From the NCBI GenBank assembly GCA_041674765.1, contig JBAYVE010000004.1, positions 26,751-90,750 on the forward strand: DNA of 64,000 nt, read 5' to 3'. A program made the position numbers and the translations under genes. This document shows, piece after piece, positions 40,822 to 50,970 of the stretch (position 1 is the stretch's first letter; every line of letters starts with the position of its first letter). The notes beneath the pieces are model-generated. The model had not been told where the DNA came from. It worked only from the letters and a program-made list of their open reading frames with translations, and searched no databases. Source of the stretch: Patescibacteria group bacterium (GTDB lineage: Bacteria > Patescibacteriota > UBA1384 > XYA2-FULL-43-10 > 1-14-0-10-43-13).

Positions 40822-40860
40822 CTAACGCTAAAAACGAAAAGAAACTAAACAACTAAGTAT
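40822..40860 (-). repeat. ribosomal-locus repeat copy D (inverted relative to A-C), immediately after the rpsB stop
   Basis: gctaaaaacgaaaagaaactaaacaactaa is the reverse complement of ttagttgtttagtttcttttcgtttttagc. Confidence 0.75.
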
Positions 40861-40864
40861 TACA

Positions 40865-41000
40865 TATTTCCCTCGTATGTCATTCCAGACTGTAAGCTCG
40901 ATCCGCCAGCTGGCGGACTGGAATCCAGGAAGTTTGGTCGTTATAATATAAAGTATTGGATTCCCGGATCATAGCGCTGTCTATCCGAGAATAACATTGG
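40865..41000. repeat. MITE-like repeat (gtcattccagactgtaagctcgatccgccagctggcggactggaatcc; ggattcccggatcatagcg; gagaataacat)
   Basis: Near-copy of 30055-30140. Confidence 0.8.
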
Positions 41001-41022
41001 GGGTAATTAAACAAAGGAATTT

Positions 41023-41619
41023 ATGTCAAATATTACAGCAAAACAAATCGCAGATTTGAGAGCCAAAACAGGCATAGGAATGATGGAATGCAAGAACGCT
41101 CTTGTCGAGGCCGGCGGTAATGAAGAAAAAGCGATGGAAATCCTTCGCAAAAAAGGTGCAGCCAAGGCAGCTAAAAGATCCGAAAGGGAGACAAAAAACG
41201 GAATCATCGAATCATATATACATGCCGGTGGAAAAATCGGTGTAATGGTTGAAGTGCTCGCCGAGACAGATTTTGTCGCAAAAAACGAAGAGTTCAAAGA
41301 GTTTGCGCACGACGTTGCTCTTCATATCGCTGCGATGGCGCCGAAATTTGTTAGTCGTGACGAGGTCCCTGCAGAAGAAGTCGCAAAAGAAAGAGAAATC
41401 CTTCTCGAAGAAGTAAAAGCTTCTGGTAAGCCTGAGAATATTGCTGAAAAAATTGTAGAGGGCAGACTTTCAAAATTCTATAGTGAAATTTGTCTACTCG
41501 AACAATCTTTCGTCAAGAATCCGGACTTAACTATAAATGACCTTTTGAATGAAAAAATTTCTAAGATCGGCGAGAAAATCGTTATCTCAAGATTTTGTCG
41601 GTTTGAAATTGGAGCATAG
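41023..41619 (+). CDS. tsf: elongation factor Ts (short form)
   Basis: ITAKQIADLRAKTGIGMMECKNALVEAGG UBA-like N-terminus. Confidence 0.9.
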   Translation: MSNITAKQIADLRAKTGIGMMECKNALVEAGGNEEKAMEILRKKGAAKAAKRSERETKNGIIESYIHAGGKIGVMVEVLAETDFVAKNEEFKEFAHDVALHIAAMAPKFVSRDEVPAEEVAKEREILLEEVKASGKPENIAEKIVEGRLSKFYSEICLLEQSFVKNPDLTINDLLNEKISKIGEKIVISRFCRFEIGA

Positions 41620-41620
41620 A

Positions 41621-41712
41621 ATAGTGGAATGTAGAATGTGGAATGTAGAACGTGGAAGGGGGAACGTGGAATGGGCGATGGGGAACGGGGCAGAACGGGG
41701 GAAAGAATGGAA
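41621..41712. repeat. Purine-rich degenerate tandem repeat, second locus (ggaatgtagaatgtggaatgtagaacgtggaagggggaacgtggaatggg...)
   Basis: Shares ggaatgtagaacgtgga and gggaacgtggaatggg with 301-455. Confidence 0.8.
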
Positions 41713-41717
41713 GGGAT

Positions 41718-41776
41718 ACCGGCCGCATGAAGGTGCTGCCGGTTTTTTTAATCGCCCCATGGGGGTGGGGCGATTA
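41718..41776 (+). terminator. tandem hairpins: accggc..gccggt + T7, then atcgcccc..ggggcgat
   Basis: Read directly from the sequence. Confidence 0.7.
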
Positions 41777-41837
41777 AAATCCCAATAAATGGGGCAAAAA
41801 CCTTCCGCTCGGCGGAACTTTTTGGTATTGTCTAATT

Positions 41838-42542
41838 ATGAAATATAACAAAATACTCATTAAACTCTCCGGCGAGGCCCTTCAGGGGAGCCGGCAGAGC
41901 GGCATTGATCCAGAGGTTGCTCAATTTGTTGCTTCCGAGATCAAGGAAGCGCAGGACTTGGGGGCAAAAGTAGCTGTTGTTGTTGGGGGCGGTAACATTT
42001 ACCGTGGCGCTGAGTCCTTTGAAAAAGATGGGATTAGAGAGGAAACCAGTCATTGGATGGGGATGCTAGCTATTTGTATAAATTGTCTGGCTTTGTCTGA
42101 TCTATTCAAGTCCTTTGGTGTTGAAAATCATGCTCTCTCTGCTTTGGGACAAGTTGGTGATATGGGATCATATTCAGTTTCAGAGGGCAAAAAAACATTG
42201 GACCAGGGTAAGGTTTTGCTTTTGTCAGGCGGTGAGGGAAAACCATTTCGCTCCTCAGATTCTGGGGCAGCGACCAGAGCCAAAGAGCTCGATATGGAGG
42301 TAATTTTCAAGATGACAAAGGTTGACGGAGTCTATGATTCTGATCCTTTTGTAAATCCAAATGCGAAAAAGTTTTCTGCGATCAGTTTTGATGAGGTTTT
42401 GGAGAGAGACTTGAAGGTGATGGACAGGGGCGCTTTTGAAACGTGCAAGGAAAATGGTATTTCAATAGTTGTTTTTAGGTTGGAAAAAGGTAATATTAGG
42501 AAAGCAGTGATGGGTCAGGAAATAGGGACCGTCGTTAAATAA
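41838..42542 (+). CDS. pyrH: UMP kinase
   Basis: ILIKLSGEAL, VVVGGGNIYRG. Confidence 0.9.
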   Translation: MKYNKILIKLSGEALQGSRQSGIDPEVAQFVASEIKEAQDLGAKVAVVVGGGNIYRGAESFEKDGIREETSHWMGMLAICINCLALSDLFKSFGVENHALSALGQVGDMGSYSVSEGKKTLDQGKVLLLSGGEGKPFRSSDSGAATRAKELDMEVIFKMTKVDGVYDSDPFVNPNAKKFSAISFDEVLERDLKVMDRGAFETCKENGISIVVFRLEKGNIRKAVMGQEIGTVVK

Positions 42543-42626
42543 TAAAAAACAGATTACAGATAATACGAATGTACGGATATATTTCGATCCAAATATTCGT
42601 AATCTGTGGTAAAAACGGAGTAAATT

Positions 42627-43184
42627 ATGATTGATGGAATTTTAAAAGAATCCAAACCAAAAATGCAGGCCTCCATTGCTGCATTTAGTGCCGAACTATC
42701 AAAAATCCGCACGGGCAGAGCCAATCCGGCCATACTCGATGGAATAATGGTTTCTTATTATGGCACGAACACATCCATCAAGGAGGTTGCTACAATTTCT
42801 GTTCCGGAGTCAAATCAGATCGTAGCAAAACCCTGGGATAGAAACGCTCTTGGCGCTATCGAGACAGCAATTCGAAATTCCGATATTGGGCTTGCTCCTG
42901 TCAACGATGGACAGCAGATTAGATTGATGCTTCCTCCAATGACGGAGGAAAGAAGAAGAGAAATAGCAAGTCAGGTCAGAAAAATGGCCGAAGAAGCTAA
43001 AATATCGGTTCGAAATGTCAGAAGAGAATCTTGGGACAAAGTCCAGACGGCCGAGAAGAATAATGAAGCAACAGAAGATGACCGTCGTTGGGCCGAAGAA
43101 GAATTGAACAAAATGGTTAACGATATGAACAAGGAAGTCGATCGTGTAGCGGCCGAAAAAGAAGCAGAAGTGATGAAAATTTAG
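42627..43184 (+). CDS. frr: ribosome recycling factor
   Basis: 185 aa; LSKIRTGRANPAILDGI and later RRE...VRNVRRE pattern. Confidence 0.9.
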   Translation: MIDGILKESKPKMQASIAAFSAELSKIRTGRANPAILDGIMVSYYGTNTSIKEVATISVPESNQIVAKPWDRNALGAIETAIRNSDIGLAPVNDGQQIRLMLPPMTEERRREIASQVRKMAEEAKISVRNVRRESWDKVQTAEKNNEATEDDRRWAEEELNKMVNDMNKEVDRVAAEKEAEVMKI

Positions 43185-43291
43185 TTTTTGCTATTTTCTA
43201 GTCGATAAAGTCGAAGATCGTGAAGTCAAAGATTTGCATTTAAGCAAGAATTTTAGAACTTACAACTTGAAAACTTTTAACTAAAGGAATT

Positions 43292-44434
43292 ATGTTAACA
43301 ACTATTATCGCATTTATCATAGTCCTCGGGGTCCTAGTCATGGTCCATGAACTGGGACATTTCGTCGCGGCCAAGTTATCTGGGGTGAAAGTGTTGGAAT
43401 TTGCGATCGGTTTTCCTCCGAGAATTATTTCATTCATCAAAAAAGAGACAAAGTACACAATCGGGCTTTTGCCGTTTGGCGGTTATGTGCAGATGCTTGG
43501 GGAGAATGGCGCCGACTTCACTTCAAAAACCAGTAAGGGCTCGAACGAGAAGGATAAAAAAGGAAATATTCTTAGCGATCCTCATGCTTTCCTTAATCAA
43601 TCTCCTGGCAAAAGATTTCTGATCAGTATCGCCGGAGTCCTCATGAACTTTGTGTTGGCTTGGCTGCTTTTGACCGTTGGTTATGTTGCTGGAATGGCCC
43701 CGATGACAGTATCACTGGAAAATGTCGCCGGGAAAGTATCATCTCCCAAAATTTATGTCGTCGAGGTGCAAAAAGATTCGCCGGCGGCGAAAGCCGGTTT
43801 GGAGCCGGAGGATATAATTTTGAAGGGAACCGACTCAGATCAAACAGTAACCTTCGATTCCGAGCAAAGCGTTAGTGATTTCACGGGTGCCAATAAGGGC
43901 AGAGAAGTGACTTTGACAGTTAGCCGTGAAGGGCAAATTTTGGACAAGAAATTGATCGTATCGGACAATAGCGATGCTCCGATTGGAATAGGAATATATA
44001 ACCAATCAGTGATTAGACTGCCATGGTACAAAGCCCCTTACTATGCTGCCCTTGAGGTCGGAGGCATTACCAAACAAATGTTTGTATTTCTGGGTAGCTT
44101 TTTCCACCAATTATTTGCAAGAGGGGAAATCTCCAAAGAGGTAGGTGGCCCTGTAGCAATCTTCAATTTGACAGGCGCAGCTGCAAGAGCCGGTGTAACG
44201 GCGTTGATTCAATTTATGGCTTTGCTCTCTATAAATTTGGGTCTAATCAATATTCTGCCTTTCCCTGCACTGGACGGCGGAAGGTTGCTATTCATTATTC
44301 TAGAAAAAATATTTGGCAAAAAGGTGGTCAAGGAGGAAGTCGAGGGAATAATTCATACCGTGGGTTTTGCTCTTTTAATACTTCTTATCCTGGCTGTGAC
44401 ATATAAAGATGTGATGAGAATGCTTGGTAAGTAG
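43292..44434 (+). CDS. rseP: RIP site-2 metalloprotease RseP (M50) with PDZ
   Basis: HELGHFVAAK HExxH, PDZ segment, C-terminal LDGG. Confidence 0.9.
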   Translation: MLTTIIAFIIVLGVLVMVHELGHFVAAKLSGVKVLEFAIGFPPRIISFIKKETKYTIGLLPFGGYVQMLGENGADFTSKTSKGSNEKDKKGNILSDPHAFLNQSPGKRFLISIAGVLMNFVLAWLLLTVGYVAGMAPMTVSLENVAGKVSSPKIYVVEVQKDSPAAKAGLEPEDIILKGTDSDQTVTFDSEQSVSDFTGANKGREVTLTVSREGQILDKKLIVSDNSDAPIGIGIYNQSVIRLPWYKAPYYAALEVGGITKQMFVFLGSFFHQLFARGEISKEVGGPVAIFNLTGAAARAGVTALIQFMALLSINLGLINILPFPALDGGRLLFIILEKIFGKKVVKEEVEGIIHTVGFALLILLILAVTYKDVMRMLGK

Positions 44435-44462
44435 CCCAATTAAATTGAAAGTTGGAGAAGTT

Positions 44463-45680
44463 ATGAAACAATCGAAATTATTTTTAAAAACTCGAAAAGA
44501 AGTGCCGGCAGATGCCGATTCGATTAACGCATCTTATCTGATACGTGCCGGTTTTGTTGAGAAGCAGATGGCCGGAGTCTATGCATTTTTGCCGCTTGGC
44601 CTTCGGGTTCTCAAAAAGATCGAGAATATTGTTCGTCTGGAGATGAACGATATCGATGGCCAGGAAATTTTAATGAATGTACTCCAGCCCAAAGAGCTTT
44701 GGGAGGAAACAGGACGGTGGGAATCTGCTGTTGATGTTTTTTACAAATTGACGGATAGCCGGGGCAAAGAGCTAAATCTCGCGCCAACTCACGAAGAACA
44801 GGTAATTGATATCGTTCGCAGAAAGATTAAGTCATACAAAGATCTGCCGCTTTCTCTTTATCAAATTCAGACAAAGTTCAGAAATGAACCAAGAGCTAAA
44901 TCTGGGCTGCTGCGTGGCCGTGAATTTATTATGAAAGATATGTATTCCTTTCATGAAAGCGAAGAAGATCTCTGGAAGTATTATGACAGGGCTATCGCCG
45001 CGTATAACAAAGTTTTCAATCATCTTGGACTAGAGGTAAAACTGGTCGAAGCATCAGGCGGTATCTTTTCAAAATTTTCGCATGAATTTCAGGTTTTGAC
45101 TCCTGTTGGCGAAGATACCATTTTCTACTGTGATAAATGTGATTTTGCTCAAAATAAGGAAATCGCCGAAGTAAAGGAGGGCGATAAGTGTCCTAAGTGT
45201 GATGGTAAGATCAAAATGGACCGGGGGATCGAAGTCGGGAACATTTTTCCGCTGATGGATAAATATTCGAAGCCGATGAAGGCGACATTTCTCGACAAGG
45301 ACGGGAAGGAAAAGACTTTTACCATGGGTTGCTACGGTATCGGCATTTCTAGATCTTTGGCGACTATTGTTGAAGTGAATTACGATGCTACAAAGAACCA
45401 AATGATCTGGCCAGCTGCGATTGCTCCCTATGAGATCCATTTGATTTCGCTAAACCAAAATGCTGAAGCGGAGAAAATATATAATGGATTAATAAAAGAC
45501 GGCAAACAGGTACTTTTCGATGACAGGGATATTTCGGCAGGTGAAAAATTCGCCGAGGCTGACCTTGTCGGTTGCCCGGAGAGAATTATTGTTTCCAAAA
45601 AATCTCTGGAAGCTGGCGGTTATGAATTAGTCGATGTCAAAAGCGGTAAGACTGAGATAAAAAAATCTAACTTAAAATAA
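44463..45680 (+). CDS. proS: prolyl-tRNA synthetase (short, no editing insertion, Zn-ribbon CxxC..CxxC)
   Basis: Class II motifs (FLPLGLRVL, FRNEPRAKSGLLRGREF), CDKCDF..CPKCDG, C-terminal anticodon-binding domain. Confidence 0.85.
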   Translation: MKQSKLFLKTRKEVPADADSINASYLIRAGFVEKQMAGVYAFLPLGLRVLKKIENIVRLEMNDIDGQEILMNVLQPKELWEETGRWESAVDVFYKLTDSRGKELNLAPTHEEQVIDIVRRKIKSYKDLPLSLYQIQTKFRNEPRAKSGLLRGREFIMKDMYSFHESEEDLWKYYDRAIAAYNKVFNHLGLEVKLVEASGGIFSKFSHEFQVLTPVGEDTIFYCDKCDFAQNKEIAEVKEGDKCPKCDGKIKMDRGIEVGNIFPLMDKYSKPMKATFLDKDGKEKTFTMGCYGIGISRSLATIVEVNYDATKNQMIWPAAIAPYEIHLISLNQNAEAEKIYNGLIKDGKQVLFDDRDISAGEKFAEADLVGCPERIIVSKKSLEAGGYELVDVKSGKTEIKKSNLK

Positions 45681-45684
45681 TGTC

Positions 45685-45960
45685 TTCCTGAACCGACGCC
45701 AGTCGTCCGTACTCGATGCGGGATCTGCATCTTGATTCAGAATCAAATTCATTTATTGTTCGAGCTTGTCGAGAACTATTTGCTGTTTTTTCTTCTCTTT
45801 GAGGACAAGGGGACTCATTCCGAAGTCGTCCCCCTATCCTCAAACACCAACCCCCTACACGGTATAGAGGTATTCTTCTCTTTTATAAAAAATTGAACTC
45901 CTTTTAGTCGCCCTTCGGGTAAGTAATTTTTTATGTAGGAGAAGAATTATCTGTATAAAA
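45685..45960. repeat. MITE-like repeat cluster (gggatctgcatcttgattcagaatc; gaggacaaggggactcattccgaagtcg; cccctacacgg...)
   Basis: Modules shared with 23115-23145, 36430-36480 and 20590-20640. Confidence 0.75.
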
Positions 45961-46017
45961 AAATATGCAGGGCCCCGAATTATCGGGGGCCCTGCATCGG
46001 TGCAGGAAAGCGGGGCA

Positions 46018-46524
46018 TCAACCCCGTACGACCATTTCTCCTTCCGGCGTTGACGTGAGCCGTGATCGAATATCACAGAGTGTTTCCATGAGGGAGGGAT
46101 TGGCACGCGTACCTTCTTCGAGAAATGTCGCCTTGACTTGAGCCACGGCGTTGTCGAAGCGATCGAGGAGAAATTCCGGCAATTGGTCGATCGCTTTGAA
46201 GCCGATGATAACAGCACGAAACGCGCGGTGAGATCTGGCGACTTCCAGAAGTTTGATACATTGTACGGGGTCGGGTTGAATTTCAAGTTCAACTTCAATC
46301 CGCATGATTTGTGCCCATGTACTCTGCATGGACAAATCGTTCAGCCCTTGATTGAGATACCAACAGGCTTGTGAGCGAGCGAGTGCATTTTGTCGTGCTT
46401 GGCGAGAGATTTCATGCAAGGCGTTCGCACGGAGACTCGGTCTTGTTTTGGCGATACTGTACAGATCAGCGATAGAGCGCTGATTCAAAGGAATTCGAGC
46501 ATTCTTATCCAAGGGTTTGGACAT
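46018..46524 (-). CDS. hypothetical protein (GC-rich island)
   Basis: 168 aa, about 53% GC, divergent from 46862-47743. Confidence 0.5.
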   Translation of the reverse strand: MSKPLDKNARIPLNQRSIADLYSIAKTRPSLRANALHEISRQARQNALARSQACWYLNQGLNDLSMQSTWAQIMRIEVELEIQPDPVQCIKLLEVARSHRAFRAVIIGFKAIDQLPEFLLDRFDNAVAQVKATFLEEGTRANPSLMETLCDIRSRLTSTPEGEMVVRG

Positions 46525-46861
46525 GGGATTTCCTCCTAATCTGGATTGTGTAGATTGCAGGGAAGTCTTTCGGGAGACGTCCCCTGAATATATACAAAAA
46601 ATCTGGCTCGGAATCCGGCCAGTTTTATTAGCGTTTCAATATTTTAGAATGACGACACTAAAAAGCTGGCCTCTTTGCGAGGAAATCTACCTTACCAACT
46701 TTTCTAATACATAAATTCATTATGGGGATATATTAGCAAAGGAGGCTTGGAAAATCAATAGTACCATCTCGGCGTTGACTATTTAGCGTTTTTAGGTTAT
46801 GAATAGTCTAACTTGTCAAGGCTGGTATCTTGGCTTGATTTTTATGACGGGGGGTCGTTTC

Positions 46862-47743
46862 ATGGCAACTTTCGTATTACCAGAGAAAACGCAAATAGCA
46901 AAAATTGTTGACCCTGCTGTTAGAGCAGACACTGTGGCACGATTTGCGCTAGAGCATATTCTGCTCGCTCAGCACATCCAAGTGCTGATCACAGAGGGGA
47001 TGGAGCTGCCGTTGGAATACAAGGAGTATCTTTTTCCGACGGTAGGCAATATCTCACTGGCGCTCGGAGAGGGCTACGCTGATAATTTCGTCAGCAAGGC
47101 ACTTCGCCGTAGCAGGATTATCAGCCCTGAGGACAAATCATACCTCAGAATGCTGACCGAAGCCCGTTACTTCCGCCACTCTGCGAAGGAAATCGAAGCC
47201 TTACTAGCGAGAATTCGGAAAGAGATCGCCAGCGGCAAGGCTAGCGGCTACAGACTGCTGAAAAAGGAGTTTGGTTTTCAGCCGGTCGAATTGGGCAATT
47301 TTTGCCGGGATTTTCTAACGCCTGAACAGTGCGAGGCACGAAACTCTTTGGCGATTCACCACAAACCGGAGAGGCCAACTGATCCCCAGATCAGTGCTCT
47401 CATCTTGGCTGACGCTAAGGCCAGGCTTCGCGAAGGAAAAGCCGTGAGTGCTAAGTCTTATGCCAGGCTTCACCATATTGGCTTAGGCAGCGTCAACAAG
47501 GGACTTCGGGGACTGAGCCGTGACGAAGCGGCTGATAGAAAACGGATTCTGAAACAGAAGACCTTTTACCCGAATTCCCCTGATCCGGAAGTCTCTCTCG
47601 GAGTAGCCATCGATAATCTTTCGAAGATTGCCGAAAGTCCGGAAGTAACGCCGGCTCGTGCTGCAGAAATTGCTGATACGGTCGAATTTTATGTGGCGCG
47701 ATTGCGAGCATTGGCGGCAGATGCCGATCATGGCCCATCTTGA
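46862..47743 (+). CDS. hypothetical protein (GC-rich island)
   Basis: About 293 aa from MATFVLPEK; putative promoter ttgact..tatgaat upstream; no motif I recognise. Confidence 0.5.
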   Translation: MATFVLPEKTQIAKIVDPAVRADTVARFALEHILLAQHIQVLITEGMELPLEYKEYLFPTVGNISLALGEGYADNFVSKALRRSRIISPEDKSYLRMLTEARYFRHSAKEIEALLARIRKEIASGKASGYRLLKKEFGFQPVELGNFCRDFLTPEQCEARNSLAIHHKPERPTDPQISALILADAKARLREGKAVSAKSYARLHHIGLGSVNKGLRGLSRDEAADRKRILKQKTFYPNSPDPEVSLGVAIDNLSKIAESPEVTPARAAEIADTVEFYVARLRALAADADHGPS

Positions 47744-47801
47744 TTCATTCTGAATCAAGATGGGCTTGTTTTATATCAGGAAATTCATTACATTTAGGTG
47801 T

Positions 47802-49103
47802 ATGACAAATATCAAAGATAAAATCAAAGATTTACCGAAAGAGCCGGGTGTTTATCATTTCATAGATGAAAAAGGCTCTGTTCTATATGTCGGGAAGGCC
47901 AAGAATTTACAAAACCGTCTCAGACAGTATTTCCTGAAAGAGCTTGGACGTGGTCCAGCGATAGAACAAATGGTAGAAAAAGCAAGAGATATTAAATGGA
48001 TCGAGACAGAATCGGAGATTGAGGCTGTCATACTTGAGGCAGAGCTGATCAAGAAGCTAAAACCGAAATATAATATCCGCCTCAAAGATGATAAAAGCTT
48101 TTTGGTGATTAGAATTACTAAAGAAGATTTCCCAATCGTTGAATTGGTTCGCTTTCGAAATGTCGATTTATCGGACAAATCTGCTTGGTATTTCGGCCCA
48201 TATCCTGCGGGGGAACTCCTTAGAAAATCATTAAATTATTTGCGCAAGATCTTTCCCTTCCGCGATTGCTCTAAGGCAAAGTTCAATACTTACAAAAAGA
48301 AGCAGCGAACCTGTATCTATGGAGATATTAGGGTTTGTTCTGGCCCCTGCAACGCCTGGGTGAATAAATCTCAATATAATAAGAATATTATCTATCTAAA
48401 AAATTTCCTCCGGGGTAAGAAAGGAAAGATTATTGCCGACTTGGAAAAGGAGATGAAAGCCTTTAGTCGAGCACAGCGATTTGAACAAGCGGCGCTAGTC
48501 CGGAATAAGCTAGCGGGACTTGAACACTTAAAAGATGTGGCCTTGGGCCTCAGAGACGACGTTTTCAACGGCAGAGAGGTGTCTTTCCATCGAATAGAGT
48601 TTTATGACATTGCGAACATCGGTAAAGAGCACGCTGTTGGATCAATGGTTGTCTTCACGGACGGCAAATCCGATAAAGACGAATACCGGAAGTTTAAAAT
48701 TGAGGATGAGATTTCTCCGACCTCGAAAACAGGGGGTCGAAATGACACTATTTTATTGAATAACGATCTAGGCCGCTTAAAGCAAGTTTTGCAGAGGAGG
48801 TTTAAAAATGATTGGCCAATGCCCGATCTAGTTCTAGTCGATGGCGGACCCCTACAGCTCAAGATTGCCAAAGAAGTAATTTCTGGTCTAGGGCTAAACA
48901 TTCCACTAGCTTCGGTTTCCAAAGGGCCTCGGCGGGAAAAGAATGATTTTCATTATGGCGACCTCAACATCGCAAATTTCATTGGCAATGATCGGCAACT
49001 CCAGAATATTTTGATAGAAGCGAGGGATGAGGCTCACCGCTTTGCAATTTCTTATTATCGCAAACTACATCGGAAAAGTGTTTTTCAAAATGACTCTCAA
49101 TAA
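47802..49103 (+). CDS. uvrC: excinuclease ABC subunit C homologue lacking the C-terminal HhH region
   Basis: GIY-YIG (PGVYHFIDEKGSVLYVGKAKNL..R), Cys-rich UvrC motif, UVR helix, RNase-H-like endonuclease region; only about 433 aa. Confidence 0.8.
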   Translation: MTNIKDKIKDLPKEPGVYHFIDEKGSVLYVGKAKNLQNRLRQYFLKELGRGPAIEQMVEKARDIKWIETESEIEAVILEAELIKKLKPKYNIRLKDDKSFLVIRITKEDFPIVELVRFRNVDLSDKSAWYFGPYPAGELLRKSLNYLRKIFPFRDCSKAKFNTYKKKQRTCIYGDIRVCSGPCNAWVNKSQYNKNIIYLKNFLRGKKGKIIADLEKEMKAFSRAQRFEQAALVRNKLAGLEHLKDVALGLRDDVFNGREVSFHRIEFYDIANIGKEHAVGSMVVFTDGKSDKDEYRKFKIEDEISPTSKTGGRNDTILLNNDLGRLKQVLQRRFKNDWPMPDLVLVDGGPLQLKIAKEVISGLGLNIPLASVSKGPRREKNDFHYGDLNIANFIGNDRQLQNILIEARDEAHRFAISYYRKLHRKSVFQNDSQ

Positions 49104-49146
49104 TATTTTCTATTTTTTTCCAATCGCTCGCATGTATAGTTGAACA

Positions 49147-50172
49147 GTGAATAATATTATAAAAACTTGGTGGAAATGGCTGAAATATGGTCCCGACGAC
49201 CCTCGTTTCGATGCCGGTGGTGATGTAAAGATTGCTGTGATCGGCGGAGGGACAGGCTTGTCCACTTTGCTTCGAGGTTTAAAGCAATATTCAAATAAAA
49301 TAACGGCCGTTGTCACTGTTGCCGATGACGGAGCTTCTTCGGGAATATTAAGGCGGGAATTCGATATTCTCCCACCCGGCGATATCAGGCAGTGTATTTC
49401 AGCTTTGTCTTATGACGAAAAGTTAATTTCCGGAATACTAGAGTATAGGTTTTCCAAGAGCAATAAAAGCTTTGGCGGCCATACTCTCGGCAATATTTGG
49501 ATAACGGCGCTTTCCAATCATCTTGGTTCTTTTGAAAGAGCGTTAGAAGCAACGACAGCTATTTTTCAAACTGCCGGCAGAGTCTTGCCTGCAACCCTCG
49601 AAAAAATCGAATTATGCGCTGAATTTGAAAATGGTACGGTCATAAAAGGGGAATCAAAATTGAAAGCTGGTAAGAAGATAGCAAAAGTTTTTCTGAATAA
49701 GAAAGGTGTCCGGGCCTACAAAGAGGCTGTCCTGGCCATCAAAAGCGCTGATCTAATTATCCTGGGGCCTGGAAGCTTATTCACGAGTGTAATCCCAAAT
49801 ATTTTGATCTCAGGCGTTAGGGAGGCTGTATCTGCAAATAGCAAAGCGGTTAGGGTTTTTGTCGCAAATTGCTCGACTGAAGTTGGGGAAACTGAAAATT
49901 ATACGATAGATGATCACATAAAGGCTCTGAATGCGCATGCTGGAAAAAGAATATTTGATTATTGTTTGGTGAACAGCAAAGTTTTGAAGGAATCAAGAAT
50001 TACTGAAAGAATTGGTGAAATTAATAACATTACGACAAACAAATCAGTTATATCTGAGGTGAAAATAAAAAGAGCCGATGTGGTTAATAGCGCAAAACCG
50101 CTCTATCACGACCCTCAGAAACTAGCAAAGGCATTGATCTCGTTGTATAATGATAATAGGAAATCAAAGTAA
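49147..50172 (+). CDS. YvcK/gluconeogenesis-factor family (CofD-like) protein
   Basis: IAVIGGGTGLSTLLRGLK, DDGASSG, LPPGDIR. Confidence 0.8.
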   Translation: MNNIIKTWWKWLKYGPDDPRFDAGGDVKIAVIGGGTGLSTLLRGLKQYSNKITAVVTVADDGASSGILRREFDILPPGDIRQCISALSYDEKLISGILEYRFSKSNKSFGGHTLGNIWITALSNHLGSFERALEATTAIFQTAGRVLPATLEKIELCAEFENGTVIKGESKLKAGKKIAKVFLNKKGVRAYKEAVLAIKSADLIILGPGSLFTSVIPNILISGVREAVSANSKAVRVFVANCSTEVGETENYTIDDHIKALNAHAGKRIFDYCLVNSKVLKESRITERIGEINNITTNKSVISEVKIKRADVVNSAKPLYHDPQKLAKALISLYNDNRKSK

Positions 50173-50190
50173 TCGAAAAGCGAGGGGAAA

Positions 50191-50970
50191 ATGCGCAGGC
50201 CTATTGTAGTTGCTAATTGGAAAATGCATACTCACTCGGCAGATGCTGGGATATTGGCAACATCTGTCAGGAACAATGTTGCTGATTTTGAGGGTGTTTC
50301 AATTATTATCTGTCCACCGATGATCTGGCTTACTGAAGTTGCGTCTATCATCGGAAAAGGCGGTCGTTTGGAGGTTGGAGCTCAAAATGCCTTCTTCGAA
50401 GCCGAGGGCGCGTATACGGGGGAAGTTTCTCCCACAATGATCAAGGACGTCGCCAATTATGTAATTGTCGGCCATTCAGAGCGCAGAGAGTATTTTGGTG
50501 AAACTGATCTGGATGTCAACGAAAAAACGATCGCTGCGTTGAAGGCTGGTCTGACGCCAATTATTTGCGTTGGCGAGCGGAAGAAGAAAAACAATCCCGA
50601 TGAACCGGTAAGTGAGCTAATCGAAGCATTGGCTCATATCCCAAAGAAAAATTACAAAGATATTATTGTTGCTTATGAGCCGGTATGGGCGATCGGAACA
50701 GGCGAGAATGCTGATCCAATTTATGTTTCTAAAATAATCACAAAGCTTCGAGAGATAGTTCACTCAAACACGTCAATCCTTTATGGGGGCAGCGTAAATT
50801 CAGGGAACGCTGAGTCATACGCCAAGATGCCACAAGTTGATGGTTTATTGGTAGGCGGGGCATCCCTTCGGGCTGCTGATTTTGTCAAAATATGCCGGAC
50901 TTGGTCGTTATCTAAGAATTTTAAGAATGATCTCTTTGTGATCAAGGAGGAAGATGAAGATAGCAATTAA
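50191..50970 (+). CDS. tpiA: triosephosphate isomerase
   Basis: VVANWKM, GHSERR, YEPVWAIGTGE. Confidence 0.95.
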   Translation: MRRPIVVANWKMHTHSADAGILATSVRNNVADFEGVSIIICPPMIWLTEVASIIGKGGRLEVGAQNAFFEAEGAYTGEVSPTMIKDVANYVIVGHSERREYFGETDLDVNEKTIAALKAGLTPIICVGERKKKNNPDEPVSELIEALAHIPKKNYKDIIVAYEPVWAIGTGENADPIYVSKIITKLREIVHSNTSILYGGSVNSGNAESYAKMPQVDGLLVGGASLRAADFVKICRTWSLSKNFKNDLFVIKEEDEDSN

